Below are positions 1-9,703 of a stretch of DNA of 40,827 nucleotides, one piece after another. The notes below the pieces were generated by a model, which made no database searches, had not been told where the DNA came from, and saw only the letters and a program-made list of their open reading frames with translations. Position numbers and translations under genes: made by a program. The stretch's first letter is position 1, and each line of letters opens with the position of its first letter. This stretch comes from a virus (Duplodnaviria > Caudoviricetes), in IMG/VR virus record IMGVR_UViG_3300030059_002417, positions 1 to 40,827 of that record. One strand, written 5' to 3'.

Positions 1-58
1 ATGTTTTGCAAAGTCTACAACATCCATTATAGTATTACTTTGTTTTTTTTCTCAAGCA

Positions 59-331
59 TTAATGAGTGCCTCTGTACTTCGTACCAGAAACAGCTATACC
101 GCCGCCTCTACTGAAACCTTTTACTCCACGGCCTCTTAGGATATCTTTCTTCGTAACCATACCATCTCCGGTAAGATCTGGAAACACATCTCCACCCACT
201 GTAAAGTTTTGAATGTCATCAGAATCTAATGGCTCCATTGTAGAAAGTATAGACTCTAATTCTTGAACTTTGTCCGTATCTCCTTCGGATCTAGCTTTTT
301 CCAACATCTCCATCACATATTTATAGTCCAT
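59..331 (-). CDS. Small late protein with EF-hand-like loop and C-terminal GG motif
   Basis: 90-aa ORF with GGAG RBS; DLTGDGMVTKKD fits an EF-hand-like loop; ends GFSRGGGIAVSGTKYRGTH. Confidence 0.7.
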   Translation of the reverse strand: MDYKYVMEMLEKARSEGDTDKVQELESILSTMEPLDSDDIQNFTVGGDVFPDLTGDGMVTKKDILRGRGVKGFSRGGGIAVSGTKYRGTH

Positions 332-339
332 TTCAACTC

Positions 340-741
340 CTATTTAGTTAGTCCAGATTTTTTCTCGTATGTTCTAAGGCCACCAATTCCAAGTAATCCT
401 CCCAAAGTCGTGAGAAGTGTAGACATATCAAACTTAGGTAAATCAGGAATATTTACATTAAATACAATTAGTACAAAAATTAACAACGGTTGTAAAACAA
501 AATGATATGCAAAAGCAATTCCGCACACCCAACCGACAAAAGGTCTCCACCCACCCTTAAACAAACTTCCAGAAGCTGCTTCGGCTTTGTTGATTTCCAA
601 CTGAGAGAGTAACACCTGCTGCGCGTGAGTATCGGACATCGTGGCTATCTCATGAGCAAGCTGTGCCTTTTGATCTTTATCTTGAATTACTTTATCTAAG
701 ATAGATGTTACTGGACCTATAAGACTAGTTATTAAGCTCAT
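340..741 (-). CDS. Holin, GTA 3TM family
   Basis: GWRPFVGWVCG, hydrophobic helices and GLRTYEK C-terminus typical of GTA_holin_3TM. Confidence 0.85.
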   Translation of the reverse strand: MSLITSLIGPVTSILDKVIQDKDQKAQLAHEIATMSDTHAQQVLLSQLEINKAEAASGSLFKGGWRPFVGWVCGIAFAYHFVLQPLLIFVLIVFNVNIPDLPKFDMSTLLTTLGGLLGIGGLRTYEKKSGLTK

Positions 742-1382
742 TCTGCTACTCCTATATCGACATTCCCTGATATGGATACACGCTCACCTTTACTCTCATA
801 AAACGGAAAAACTTCATGTTTCATTTCCGATGGGAACATAACCATGTAACCTTCAGCTTCTTTTTCCATGTTATAAATAAACTGAGATACCCGACCCAAT
901 GAATTTGTGTAGTGGAATGCAAAGTTAGATATAGCGCCACTGGCATTTGATTCAGCACATATCGGAAGTTTCTTTTGCTCTGCATAGGACGTAGGTATTT
1001 GCATCCATATAACAAAACTATAGATACCGCTGTGATCGTGAGGTGGGTTGAACTCATGCTTCTTTTGAAAGTTTACCCATAAGCTTTCTAAGTTAAATCC
1101 TTCACCTTCTTTTATTGTGGTTCTCCAAGGAGCACCATATGATTTAATATGACTATCAATAAAGCTAGGCAAAATATCTTTCATAAAATCTGCAAGAAGC
1201 GGAGAACTTCCGTCCAACCGAATAGATGAACTAATATTTCCTGCTAATTCACTTTTCATATCTTCTGGTTTTTTCTTTGCTTCTTTAATTAATTTCCAAA
1301 TATTCTTAATTATATCTTCTGGTAGTTTTCCTTCCACTACTCCAATATTTGGGAAGTTTCTTTGTATAAGTTTTATCTGCAT
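738..1382 (-). CDS. 2OG-Fe(II) oxygenase superfamily protein
   Basis: WVN...NPPHDH, FPS..HEV.PF, RVSISGN: the HxH...H...RxS pattern of phage 2OG-Fe(II) oxygenases. Confidence 0.85.
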   Translation of the reverse strand: MQIKLIQRNFPNIGVVEGKLPEDIIKNIWKLIKEAKKKPEDMKSELAGNISSSIRLDGSSPLLADFMKDILPSFIDSHIKSYGAPWRTTIKEGEGFNLESLWVNFQKKHEFNPPHDHSGIYSFVIWMQIPTSYAEQKKLPICAESNASGAISNFAFHYTNSLGRVSQFIYNMEKEAEGYMVMFPSEMKHEVFPFYESKGERVSISGNVDIGVAE

Positions 1383-1400
1383 ACTTATCTCTCTAAAAGG

Positions 1401-1520
1401 TTATTTACTTTTTACTTTCTTAGTTTTTAACATTGACTTCAATGTTTTTGCTTGCCCTGCATGGAGCTTAGACGCTTTGTTTAAACCCTTTATAACTTTT
1501 TTAATTTTCTTATCTGCCAT
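1401..1520 (-). CDS. Small basic protein (39 aa), not in ORF track
   Basis: Manual translation MADKKIKKVIKGLNKASKLHAGQAKTLKSMLKTKKVKSK; GGGAG RBS; TAATG overlap with the upstream gene. Confidence 0.6.
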   Translation of the reverse strand: MADKKIKKVIKGLNKASKLHAGQAKTLKSMLKTKKVKSK

Positions 1521-1882
1521 TAGGTACTCCCTGCTTGTTTTTCATAAGAACTTTCTTTTATTTTTGTGTAGGCGTTGGCCCCTAAAAAGGTAGCGATAAT
1601 ACCCATGTTAGCAATTACCCATGTTGACCCAATGGGCTGCAATACCGTAATTCTGTCTACAGAAATCAAAGGAGTCAACATGATTGCTATAAATGTTGTT
1701 ACACTAAATAAACTAAACAAGATCATAAATCGGGACTGATCCTCTTTTCGATTTGCATTGTCAATCTTTATAAACCGCTCGTGAGTATCCAACTCTTCCT
1801 TCGTGACTATACCATCGCCATCCAAATCGGCGGCGTTGAGCGGGTTGTCTTTGCTTAATTTTTTCATTTCACTATCATCCAA
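1520..1882 (-). CDS. Membrane protein with N-terminal EF-hand-like loop
   Basis: DLDGDGIVTKEE followed by two hydrophobic segments. Confidence 0.7.
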   Translation of the reverse strand: MDDSEMKKLSKDNPLNAADLDGDGIVTKEELDTHERFIKIDNANRKEDQSRFMILFSLFSVTTFIAIMLTPLISVDRITVLQPIGSTWVIANMGIIATFLGANAYTKIKESSYEKQAGST

Positions 1883-1951
1883 CTCGGCTCAAACATTATG
1901 GTGTTTCTGTAAGCTAGCAATAATAACACAATTGTAAAAATAATCAATTGA

Positions 1952-2374
1952 CTACGGCTTAAATTCAAAGGCAGCCCAAATCAAGAGTCCGCCACCACCA
2001 AGCGTGATACTCACACCTAAGAAAATTGAGAGGATATCTAATATTTTATTTTTTCGTGCTATTGCTGCGTAACGAGAATCCCTATCTCTTTCAACAGATT
2101 GCGCCCTCATTTTTTTAAACATTGCCACACCTTTGGAACCACGGGTTTCCCAAATGATTCGCTCAAGGTCTTTCTCCATGTCCATAGCTTTTTCGTAAGC
2201 AATGTATTGCGATAGAGGGTCATTTTTATTGCCAGACTTCTTTGCTTCTTTCGCGCCATCTATAAATGAAAAGACTTTATTCAAATCCTTCCCCATCGAC
2301 GAAAGATCTTTACCTAAAGAAATTCCTTTCTTTAAGGCAGAAAATGAAAGAAGAGCAAGGCTTATCGGGTCCAT
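1952..2374 (-). CDS. Hypothetical protein with C-terminal TM helix
   Basis: 140-aa ORF directly after the portal; MDPIS start; hydrophobic C-terminus. Confidence 0.7.
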   Translation of the reverse strand: MDPISLALLSFSALKKGISLGKDLSSMGKDLNKVFSFIDGAKEAKKSGNKNDPLSQYIAYEKAMDMEKDLERIIWETRGSKGVAMFKKMRAQSVERDRDSRYAAIARKNKILDILSIFLGVSITLGGGGLLIWAAFEFKP

Positions 2375-2378
2375 CTGC

Positions 2379-4874
2379 TTACTTTCTTCTTAGGGAGCTC
2401 TGTCTTTGAACGTCAATACGCTCACGGTTTACATCCGCACGGTCATCAGCAATTTGCTCCTGCAACTCTAACTTTGCTGCATCGGTCATAGCCTGTTGAC
2501 TAAGTTTCTCTTGGTCCAAAGTAAGTTTCATTTGATCCGTCATCGCTCGTCTATCGGACTCTTCCGCTTTAATCTGAAGCTCCTGTTGTCGAATTGCAAC
2601 AAGTGGATCCTGCTGCTGACCTGGCGGTGGTCCAATCATTGTCGTAAGTTCCTGTACAAGCTGTGCTTCTATCTGAGCAATACGAGATTCTACTTGATCT
2701 GGATTAACCTGTTGTGCTTGCTGCATCTGTTGTTGCGCCAACATAGGATCCATTGCTCCTGCCTGTGCCATCATCATCGCCTGTTGTGCTTCAGCTTGCA
2801 TCTGTTGCATTTCTTGATCTGCCATATTACGGGATTTCAATGAAATATGCTCCAGCAAGTGAGCGAAAAAAGTTCCCACCACAGGAGGAGATGTCTGCAC
2901 AATCGGGAGTTGCATAAACGCGACATGAGTGGCGATGTGAGCATCATGATCCTGTTGTGGAAAAGATTGAAGAATCTCGCCCATTAATGCACGGGCGTTT
3001 TCTATACTTGGAGCCATAGGCTCTGGTTGCGGAGGATTCGGGAGAATCTCATCAATGTTCTGGACCTCTAAAGCCTGATACATGCGCCGATACGCGGCTT
3101 GCAGATTGTGTAGTTGAGGATTGGACTGCGCCAACTGCAACTGCGTCTGAGCCAAGGTTACTCTTTGGGCCATAGAAAAGATATTAGGATCAGAGACAGG
3201 GAGGATATCTACCCTAGAATCAAAATCTTCGGCCTTAACCTCCGATGGCGCACCAGCAACTTCATAAGGATACGATGGCGGTAAGTTCTCCGCAAAAATC
3301 CTTGCTAGTAATCGAAACTCTGTTTTTTGGGCGTAATGAAGCCTCTTGTGAATAGCCGACATAACCTTCATGCCACGCTCCAAAAGCGCAACAGTTGTAC
3401 CAACAGGCATATCTTGACTCATATTGCTCATCTGTTGATCCGCAATAGATATAAAACGACGACCTCCTTCAATCAAGGAACCAAGCAATTGAGCAAGCGT
3501 TGCGGATGGTTCTTTAAACGGAAGCGGAATAATAGACCCTCTTATGTCTCCACCAGGAGCATCAATGTCTCTAAACTCGCCAGGAGACAAAGGCTCATCC
3601 GCATTACGAATACGAATACCACGAGCCTTAAAGCCAGACGGTAAGTTCGCCAACGTACCAGCATCAATTAACTGACGTAAAATACTCGTTGCCGCTCGTC
3701 CTAACCCACCAATCATATGAATCAAACCAAAACCATAAAAGCCTAGTCCTGGGAGAAACTTATAATGAACAAAGTACTGTCTCTTACGCTTAAAGGGATC
3801 GTCAGCATCATAGTTTCTGCGAATGGCAAGAATGTCTCCAGATCCGTGGTCCAAGGTCACAATATAAGGAAGCTTAATACCTGTTGGCTCTCCCTCTTGA
3901 TCCATGTCCTCAAAACCCTCAACATCAAGATTAACGTGCATTTCCAAAACACTATACACATCATCCGAATAACTCTTTGAAACACCCTCAATCTTATCTA
4001 TTTTATCTTTTACTGGATCGTCTTCCAAATCACTTGTGCGGAGTTCCACATCACGAAAAACCTGTGCAACCTGCATCTTGCGAAGCTCGTTTTCATCCAT
4101 TCGTAAAACATGCGTAACACGAGGAGCCGTTGTTAGGTCCGTCGCTGTGTACGGTATAATTAAATCTTCCGCACCAATAAACTTCGAAACAGCCCTGTCT
4201 CGCGGTCCATCGAAGTAAACCTTCTTAAACGTGGATCCAGACAAAGGTAGATAAAACAGCATCTGATCCATGTCAGGATCAAACTCTTCCATAATTTCCG
4301 TAATCTGGTAATTCATAAAGTTCTTTACACGGATTGCCTGGGCCTCACGTTCAGGAGTCTGAGCACCCATAACCTGCGTTCGAACAGGTCCACCAGAAGG
4401 AAGTAACTCCTTATACGCCTGTGCCTGAAACTGTGTAACCGATTCCGATATCAAAGGATGCGTAACGCCAGAAGCTCCTTGAAACGGCTGTGTTCGTTCT
4501 TGATAGTTTATACCAAGCAAATCCAAACCCTTGGTGTACGCTTCTCGCCACTGGGAACTTGATTCTAAATCGTCCTCATACTTCTCTCTCAAGTCAGAAG
4601 AAATCTCGCCCAAAATACCCTCTGGCAAAACTTCGGCCAAGTTCGCATCATGGTCGTACTCTTCCGTCACAACTTCAGTATCTTCACCATCAAGCATACC
4701 TTCGAGAGCTTGAACAATCGCACCGCCCATGCCGTCTTCTATAACTTCTGCACCCCCTGCAAAGTCTTCAACTTGAGGTATATCTACATCTACAGAGGGA
4801 AGGTCTTCCATTGCTCCACCTTGCATAAGGCCAGAATCAATTAAAGATGTGGGGGGTCTAGGGGGAAGTGCCAT
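2379..4874 (-). CDS. Portal protein
   Basis: 831 aa downstream of terL; GVTHPLISESVTQFQAQAYKEL, LPLSGSTFKKVY, PGLGFYGFG motifs; Q-rich coiled-coil tail as in P22-like portals. Confidence 0.85.
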   Translation of the reverse strand: MALPPRPPTSLIDSGLMQGGAMEDLPSVDVDIPQVEDFAGGAEVIEDGMGGAIVQALEGMLDGEDTEVVTEEYDHDANLAEVLPEGILGEISSDLREKYEDDLESSSQWREAYTKGLDLLGINYQERTQPFQGASGVTHPLISESVTQFQAQAYKELLPSGGPVRTQVMGAQTPEREAQAIRVKNFMNYQITEIMEEFDPDMDQMLFYLPLSGSTFKKVYFDGPRDRAVSKFIGAEDLIIPYTATDLTTAPRVTHVLRMDENELRKMQVAQVFRDVELRTSDLEDDPVKDKIDKIEGVSKSYSDDVYSVLEMHVNLDVEGFEDMDQEGEPTGIKLPYIVTLDHGSGDILAIRRNYDADDPFKRKRQYFVHYKFLPGLGFYGFGLIHMIGGLGRAATSILRQLIDAGTLANLPSGFKARGIRIRNADEPLSPGEFRDIDAPGGDIRGSIIPLPFKEPSATLAQLLGSLIEGGRRFISIADQQMSNMSQDMPVGTTVALLERGMKVMSAIHKRLHYAQKTEFRLLARIFAENLPPSYPYEVAGAPSEVKAEDFDSRVDILPVSDPNIFSMAQRVTLAQTQLQLAQSNPQLHNLQAAYRRMYQALEVQNIDEILPNPPQPEPMAPSIENARALMGEILQSFPQQDHDAHIATHVAFMQLPIVQTSPPVVGTFFAHLLEHISLKSRNMADQEMQQMQAEAQQAMMMAQAGAMDPMLAQQQMQQAQQVNPDQVESRIAQIEAQLVQELTTMIGPPPGQQQDPLVAIRQQELQIKAEESDRRAMTDQMKLTLDQEKLSQQAMTDAAKLELQEQIADDRADVNRERIDVQRQSSLRRK

Positions 4875-5110
4875 TAGAATGTTCCTTTGAATTTAGCAGC
4901 ACTAACCGTACCACCGTCTTTCCATCCATATTGAGATGTTCCATCAGGTAAATCAATAAGAATTGTGCTTGCGTTATCGCTAGGTCCAAGTCTATTATTA
5001 ACGACTTTTCCACCAAGAGACATGACTTCTTTTCTAAACTGAGAATTAGTTAATTTACCTCTGGTCCAAGCATCAACCGTGTTATCTATGTCCTCATACT
5101 TGTAAGACAT
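4874..5110 (-). CDS. Small hypothetical protein with C-terminal GG motif
   Basis: Likely start MSYKYED (AAGGAG RBS, TGATG overlap with terL stop); ends GWKDGGTVSAAKFKGTF. Confidence 0.65.
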   Translation of the reverse strand: MSYKYEDIDNTVDAWTRGKLTNSQFRKEVMSLGGKVVNNRLGPSDNASTILIDLPDGTSQYGWKDGGTVSAAKFKGTF

Positions 5111-6573
5111 CAGTAATACTCCTTTTCTTTTGGATACCAACTCTCGGTCATGTCGTCTTCTCCTTCTAGCGTAATAAAACCGCCTTGTCGAAACCTTATC
5201 AGAGCCATAGTCATGCTGTCTACAAAATCATCATGGTCTCCATTAGGGAACGCAGCGCATTCCTCCACAACTTCCTCGGCGAAACTCTTCTCAGGAGCCC
5301 ACACCATGCCAGCTTCAAACAGAGGTGCAACCGTGTGCATTCGCGTCACCTTATCACGACCTTTGCCTGGTGTATAGTTCATAACTGGAATTCCTGCTCT
5401 TCGCATTTCATCCGTTAAAGGCATTCCAGACGCTTTCGCCTCCACAATCACCATGTCAGGCTCCCAATACTCATACTCTTCTCCTGCCGCTTCTTTAAGT
5501 TCAGGGAAGTTCCAACGCCCACGCCGAGCGTCCATAAGTATAATATGATCAGGGCCACCGTCCTCTGGATTAAACACACCCCACGTTGTTATCGCACTGT
5601 AGTCCGCCGTTTCCTTTTTGCTGAACGCCGTGTCGTAACTCTGTATAATGTACTTCACAGGAGGTATTTTCTCCTTTTCCCACACATTCCACCACTCTTT
5701 TTTAACAATTGCACCCTCCGCAGCGGTGGGTTGCTGCTGCCATTGGGCGTTCCATTTGCCCACTGGAAGGGACGCTTTGACCGCTAAAAGGTCATCTTTC
5801 CCCCAGAATTCAGGCCATAATGGGTCATTTGACGGCATAATAGCCGGAAATTCCACAACTTCCCACTTATCAGATAACACATCAGATCCTTGCGATTTTA
5901 TCAACCGACCTGTTAAATCTTTCATTCCCCAGCGGGTCATAACAACAATAATAGCCCCTCCAGGCTGCAAACGCTGTCGAGGACCAGATGTGTACCATTC
6001 AAATGCGTTATCAAACGCTGTTTCGCTTAAAGCATCTTGTTCCGAGTGCGGATCATCAATAATAAACAAATCCGCACCACGACCCGTGACCGCCGCACCC
6101 ACACCTGCAGCGAAATACTCGCCTCCAGCGGCGGTTTCCCAACGTCCTGCCGCTTTACTGTCCGATTTTAACTCTGAATGAGGGAAAATATCCTTATATG
6201 CAGGGTCTTCGAGCAAATCTCGCACCTTACGACCAAACCGAACAGCCAATTCCGTGTTGTGTGTGGCCTGTATGATCTTTAATTTAGGATTTCGACCCAA
6301 AAACCACGCCGGCATAAGATATGATGCAAACTCAGACTTGGAATGACGGGGCGGCATGTTCACAATCAACCGCTTTAACTTGCCTTGGGCGATTAATTCA
6401 AGCTTTTCAGCTATAACCCTATGATGTCGGCCCTCAATAAAGCCGTCATACACATGATGAACAAACGGCATGAACTTATCTTTGGCTTCTTCTCGTATGG
6501 AGAGCTTAACTTGTGCCTGTTTTAAAGACAATATCTCCCGTAGGGCTTCTTCAGGTACACTATCTAGGTTCAT
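5110..6573 (-). CDS. terL: Terminase large subunit
   Basis: Walker A NMPPRHSKS, Walker B FIIDDPH, VMTRW, nuclease SYDTA and HDDFVDS. Confidence 0.95.
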   Translation of the reverse strand: MNLDSVPEEALREILSLKQAQVKLSIREEAKDKFMPFVHHVYDGFIEGRHHRVIAEKLELIAQGKLKRLIVNMPPRHSKSEFASYLMPAWFLGRNPKLKIIQATHNTELAVRFGRKVRDLLEDPAYKDIFPHSELKSDSKAAGRWETAAGGEYFAAGVGAAVTGRGADLFIIDDPHSEQDALSETAFDNAFEWYTSGPRQRLQPGGAIIVVMTRWGMKDLTGRLIKSQGSDVLSDKWEVVEFPAIMPSNDPLWPEFWGKDDLLAVKASLPVGKWNAQWQQQPTAAEGAIVKKEWWNVWEKEKIPPVKYIIQSYDTAFSKKETADYSAITTWGVFNPEDGGPDHIILMDARRGRWNFPELKEAAGEEYEYWEPDMVIVEAKASGMPLTDEMRRAGIPVMNYTPGKGRDKVTRMHTVAPLFEAGMVWAPEKSFAEEVVEECAAFPNGDHDDFVDSMTMALIRFRQGGFITLEGEDDMTESWYPKEKEYY

Positions 6574-8624
6574 CTAAGTGAAACTATCCCACCGTTTCTC
6601 GCTACAAAGATATTCGCATAAGGATCGGCAAACGGATTAACCTGATTCGCTCGAAGGAAATCCATATTCGGAGACGCATACTGATTGCCCAAATAAGGAA
6701 CCAAACCTGGCTGTAGAAACGAAGGAACAGCAATGTTCGAAGGGACAAACGGTGCAATCGGATCGTAAGCAAAAGGATCATCTGGATCAGAAACAACAGG
6801 GTCGGGATCCACAGGATCTGGGTCTACTGGATCAGGAACAACTACTTCTGGAGCTACTACTTCAGGAACAACTACTTCTGGAGCTACTACTTCTGGAGCT
6901 ACTACTTCTATGTCTACTGGATCAGGAACAACTACTTCTCCACCACTGTCATCTCCTCCTGATTGATCTCCACCTTGACCGCCGCCACCGCCTAAATCAT
7001 CGTAAGTCGATCCACCGCCCGTGTAACCAGGCTGTCCTAACGTGGGCAACATGCCACCTAAATCATCGTAAGTCGATCCACCACCTAATTGTCCAGGCTG
7101 TCCGAGAGTCGTGAGCATACCATCCAAATCATCATACGAACCCGGTGTCTTCACTTCATTCAAATTAAGACTAGATAACCCTCCGTCCAAATCATCATAC
7201 GAACCCGAAGGAGTTTCACCGCCAACAGTGACCGTTGGTCCACGACCCCCTCGTTCCCCCGTTAAGAACGTGTCAAATCGACCTTGAAGCTCATCCATAA
7301 ACTGGAGATTCGCATCGCCATCAAGACCACCGCCTGCGTATACCGCAGTCATACGACGACGATTCCAATCCTCAAACCACTCTGAGTCATTCTCTTGAAG
7401 AAACTTTCCTGCTCCAAAACCGTAATTCGGACTGAATGGGTTGTCTCCAAGATCTGCACTAACAACCTCGCCCAGCACCGAAGACGGTAAAACTCCGCTC
7501 GTGAAACCACTGTCATCGGTTCCCTGTGCAGGGCCAGAGGCTCCCGTGCCACCACGCAAAATAGCATCTTGGTAAACATCGTCGCTAGAAGAACCACCGC
7601 CTGTATCAAACCTTTGCTCAAAACCAGTTAGATCTAAAGGACCACCGCCTTGACCAGGAAGTACAGCACCGCCAAATATAGGTTGCGGTCCGGTCAAATA
7701 AGAAGGAGGAGTATATCCAGTTTCTGGCGCTTCTGGAGAAGGCGTTCCTCCAAAAAATTCCTTGCCCTTATCAACCAACGTACCAAGACCACCAAGAATA
7801 TTACCTCCAAGATCCATCAAAGATCCACCAGCACCAGCCAGATCAGTTAAAAAACCATCGCCTTGCTGTTTCTTATTGTTGGCCTCATAACGGTTGAGGT
7901 TTTCCTGTTGAAACACCGCTTGTCGATCATCAGATCTATCGTCCGCAATCTTTTGTAACCGTGCAGCCTCCTCTTGTTTTGCCCTGAAAGCAATAACACC
8001 CGGATTATCTTCGCCCAGTTCTTCTATCTTTTTGTTTTGTAAAGCCTTCGTTAAAGAGTTAATGCTTGTCCCAGCCCTAACACCCTTTCCAAAATCCTGA
8101 CCGTACTCAAGCCCTAAATCTTTCGAGGCACTAACCTTTGTCCCGTCCGCAAGAGTAATCCCGTAGCTGTTTCCATTTTTTGTAAATGTCGTTCCGTCCC
8201 CATAGTTATACTCATAACTGGAGTTATCCGTCTGATCTCTTGTTTCCTTCGTCTTTCCCACCTTAGTCGTCATAGATTCTAGCATCTCTACAATTGAATC
8301 TACAGATGAAGGAGTAGAAGGAGTAGAAGGATTTACCGTGGCTTTAGGCGACCCACCAGAAAAAACAGGAGGAGGAGAAACCGTCTCTTGTTGCGGAGGA
8401 GCAACAGGAACCGTGCTTACAGGATCTATACCCGCAGTTATAGGATCAGCAGCAACAACAACAGGAGCCGTTGGAGTTGTAGGAGCCGTTGGAGCCGTGT
8501 ACTTGACCGTTTGACCCGCTTCGTTTTCCGTGTAACCATTTGGAGAAACAACCGTGCCGTCAGGCTGGGCTACAAAACCATACTTCTCAACCAAGTACTT
8601 CGCAACTTTTGGGGAATAGGACAT
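6570..8624 (-). CDS. Large low-complexity acidic/Gly/Pro-rich protein, putative virion internal protein
   Basis: Likely start MSYSPKV after GGAGG; ATGA overlap with terL; internal repeats; ends ARNGGIVSLR. Confidence 0.65.
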   Translation of the reverse strand: MSYSPKVAKYLVEKYGFVAQPDGTVVSPNGYTENEAGQTVKYTAPTAPTTPTAPVVVAADPITAGIDPVSTVPVAPPQQETVSPPPVFSGGSPKATVNPSTPSTPSSVDSIVEMLESMTTKVGKTKETRDQTDNSSYEYNYGDGTTFTKNGNSYGITLADGTKVSASKDLGLEYGQDFGKGVRAGTSINSLTKALQNKKIEELGEDNPGVIAFRAKQEEAARLQKIADDRSDDRQAVFQQENLNRYEANNKKQQGDGFLTDLAGAGGSLMDLGGNILGGLGTLVDKGKEFFGGTPSPEAPETGYTPPSYLTGPQPIFGGAVLPGQGGGPLDLTGFEQRFDTGGGSSSDDVYQDAILRGGTGASGPAQGTDDSGFTSGVLPSSVLGEVVSADLGDNPFSPNYGFGAGKFLQENDSEWFEDWNRRRMTAVYAGGGLDGDANLQFMDELQGRFDTFLTGERGGRGPTVTVGGETPSGSYDDLDGGLSSLNLNEVKTPGSYDDLDGMLTTLGQPGQLGGGSTYDDLGGMLPTLGQPGYTGGGSTYDDLGGGGGQGGDQSGGDDSGGEVVVPDPVDIEVVAPEVVAPEVVVPEVVAPEVVVPDPVDPDPVDPDPVVSDPDDPFAYDPIAPFVPSNIAVPSFLQPGLVPYLGNQYASPNMDFLRANQVNPFADPYANIFVARNGGIVSLR
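6833..7206. repeat. Coding tandem repeats (PEVV[A/V] 15-bp units; four [S/T]YDDL[D/G]G units)
   Basis: ACTACTTC-based 15-bp units ~6833-6940; AAATCATCGTAAGTCGATCCACC twice and TCCAAATCATCATACGAACCC twice. Confidence 0.85.
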
Positions 8625-8676
8625 CGAACCTCCAATATTATGTTGACAGCATCCTAACCCAAAAAAATATAAGAGG

Positions 8677-8795
8677 CAAATGAAAATAGATTTGAAATAA
8701 TTTGACAGGCCCAAATGAAAATAGATTTGAAATAAATTTAGGGGCTAGAGACTCCAAAGGGCGGCCAAACGAGAATTCTCCACCAAATGAAAATA
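8677..8795. repeat. 24-bp direct repeat x2 plus a partial third copy
   Basis: CAAATGAAAATAGATTTGAAATAA at 8677-8700 and 8712-8735; CAAATGAAAATA at 8784-8795. Confidence 0.9.
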
Positions 8796-8819
8796 TCGCC
8801 CATTGAAACTATTCATCTT

Positions 8820-8834
8820 GGGCGGGAGGGTGGG
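8820..8834 (+). other. Canonical G-quadruplex motif
   Basis: GGGCGGGAGGGTGGG: four G3 tracts with 1-nt loops. Confidence 0.7.
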
Positions 8835-9061
8835 AAGTGCCGGACGGCCCCAAATTTAGGGGGTGAGGGGGGTCACGGTTTTCCGTGTACCCGACCGACT
8901 GCCCCAAGTAACCCCTTGTGTGTGGCGCTTAGAAGCTTGTGATGGGCTGTTATAAGGTCACAAGTAAACGTTGCATTATTGTCACTGTCAAGCATTAAAT
9001 TACATGTGTGTGTTATTTGCCACAAGACTATAAGAATATTTATATATCGCTCGGTTACTTG

Positions 9062-9090
9062 TTGACTATCACAAGTAAAAATATTAATAT
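9062..9090 (+). promoter_or_regulatory. sigma70-like early promoter P1
   Basis: TTGACT-17bp-TAATAT upstream of the first plus-strand gene. Confidence 0.65.
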
Positions 9091-9124
9091 CGTAGATATT
9101 AACTAAGTCTTGAAAGGACACACT

Positions 9125-9367
9125 ATGAAAAAAGCAACTAGCCTAGACGTTTATAACATCGCATTATTTAACAGTAATCAAAAAGCTCAGATGATGTCGG
9201 ACCTTGAAACTCTAAAAGGTTTTGAGAAAGCTATTAAGAACCAGATCAAGAACGTAAAAGACAATGCACTTAGACTAAATAAAGCACACTACATTGTTAC
9301 TACGCAGAATATCTCTGCGAAAGAAGCATACACTCGGACTTCAAATACTTTCGCTTTTAAAGACTGA
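9125..9367 (+). CDS. Early hypothetical protein
   Basis: ATG at 9125 after GAAAGGA RBS; MKKATSLDVY... Confidence 0.7.
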   Translation: MKKATSLDVYNIALFNSNQKAQMMSDLETLKGFEKAIKNQIKNVKDNALRLNKAHYIVTTQNISAKEAYTRTSNTFAFKD

Positions 9368-9370
9368 GAA

Positions 9371-9412
9371 TGTTCTGGTGCGAGGCTTGGCAACAAGCCT
9401 CCATCCAGAGCA
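9371..9412 (+). other. Intergenic bulged stem-loop (possible RNase III site or stabiliser)
   Basis: TGTTCTGG/CCAGAGCA outer stem, GAGGCTTG/CAAGCCTC inner stem, GCAA tetraloop, no U-tract. Confidence 0.55.
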
Positions 9413-9424
9413 ATTTCGCTCTAA

Positions 9425-9703
9425 ATGGAGGACTACAATATGTTTGATCATAAATTAAAAGTAACGTATGCGATCGATACGTTGGATCCAAACCCTACAA
9501 TAAAATACTTTGACCTCTTTTACGAGGTTGAAGACTATTTAACTGAAGAGGTTGAGCGTCGAGTTCAATGGGCTGTTGACCATTCTCAAACTTCTATATC
9601 AGAGGAAGAGCGACAAGAGCTTCAAGAGATCGAGTATTCTTTAATCACTATCGAAGAGATCAAAGAAGTTCCTTTGGAGTTTGTTTTCGGTCAAGCTTCA
9701 TGA
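9425..9703 (+). CDS. Early acidic hypothetical protein
   Basis: Very acidic ORF; true start may be the second Met (MFDHK) after GGAGG. Confidence 0.7.
   Translation: MEDYNMFDHKLKVTYAIDTLDPNPTIKYFDLFYEVEDYLTEEVERRVQWAVDHSQTSISEEERQELQEIEYSLITIEEIKEVPLEFVFGQAS

Noticed and set aside
1-55. Minus-strand promoter TTGAGA-18-TATAAT and partial ORF MDVVDFAKH at the window edge
   Set aside because: The -10 overlaps the putative ATG and only 9 codons are visible; cannot be resolved
2202-8657. Plus-strand ORFs over portal, terL and the large ORF (likewise antisense ORFs over replication and tail genes)
   Set aside because: Antisense shadows of well-supported genes, with no motifs
8625-8714. Track N-terminal extensions (also 12440-12502, 24551-24610, 26354-26380)
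   Set aside because: Downstream ATGs have better RBS or context; the extensions run into repeats or neighbouring genes
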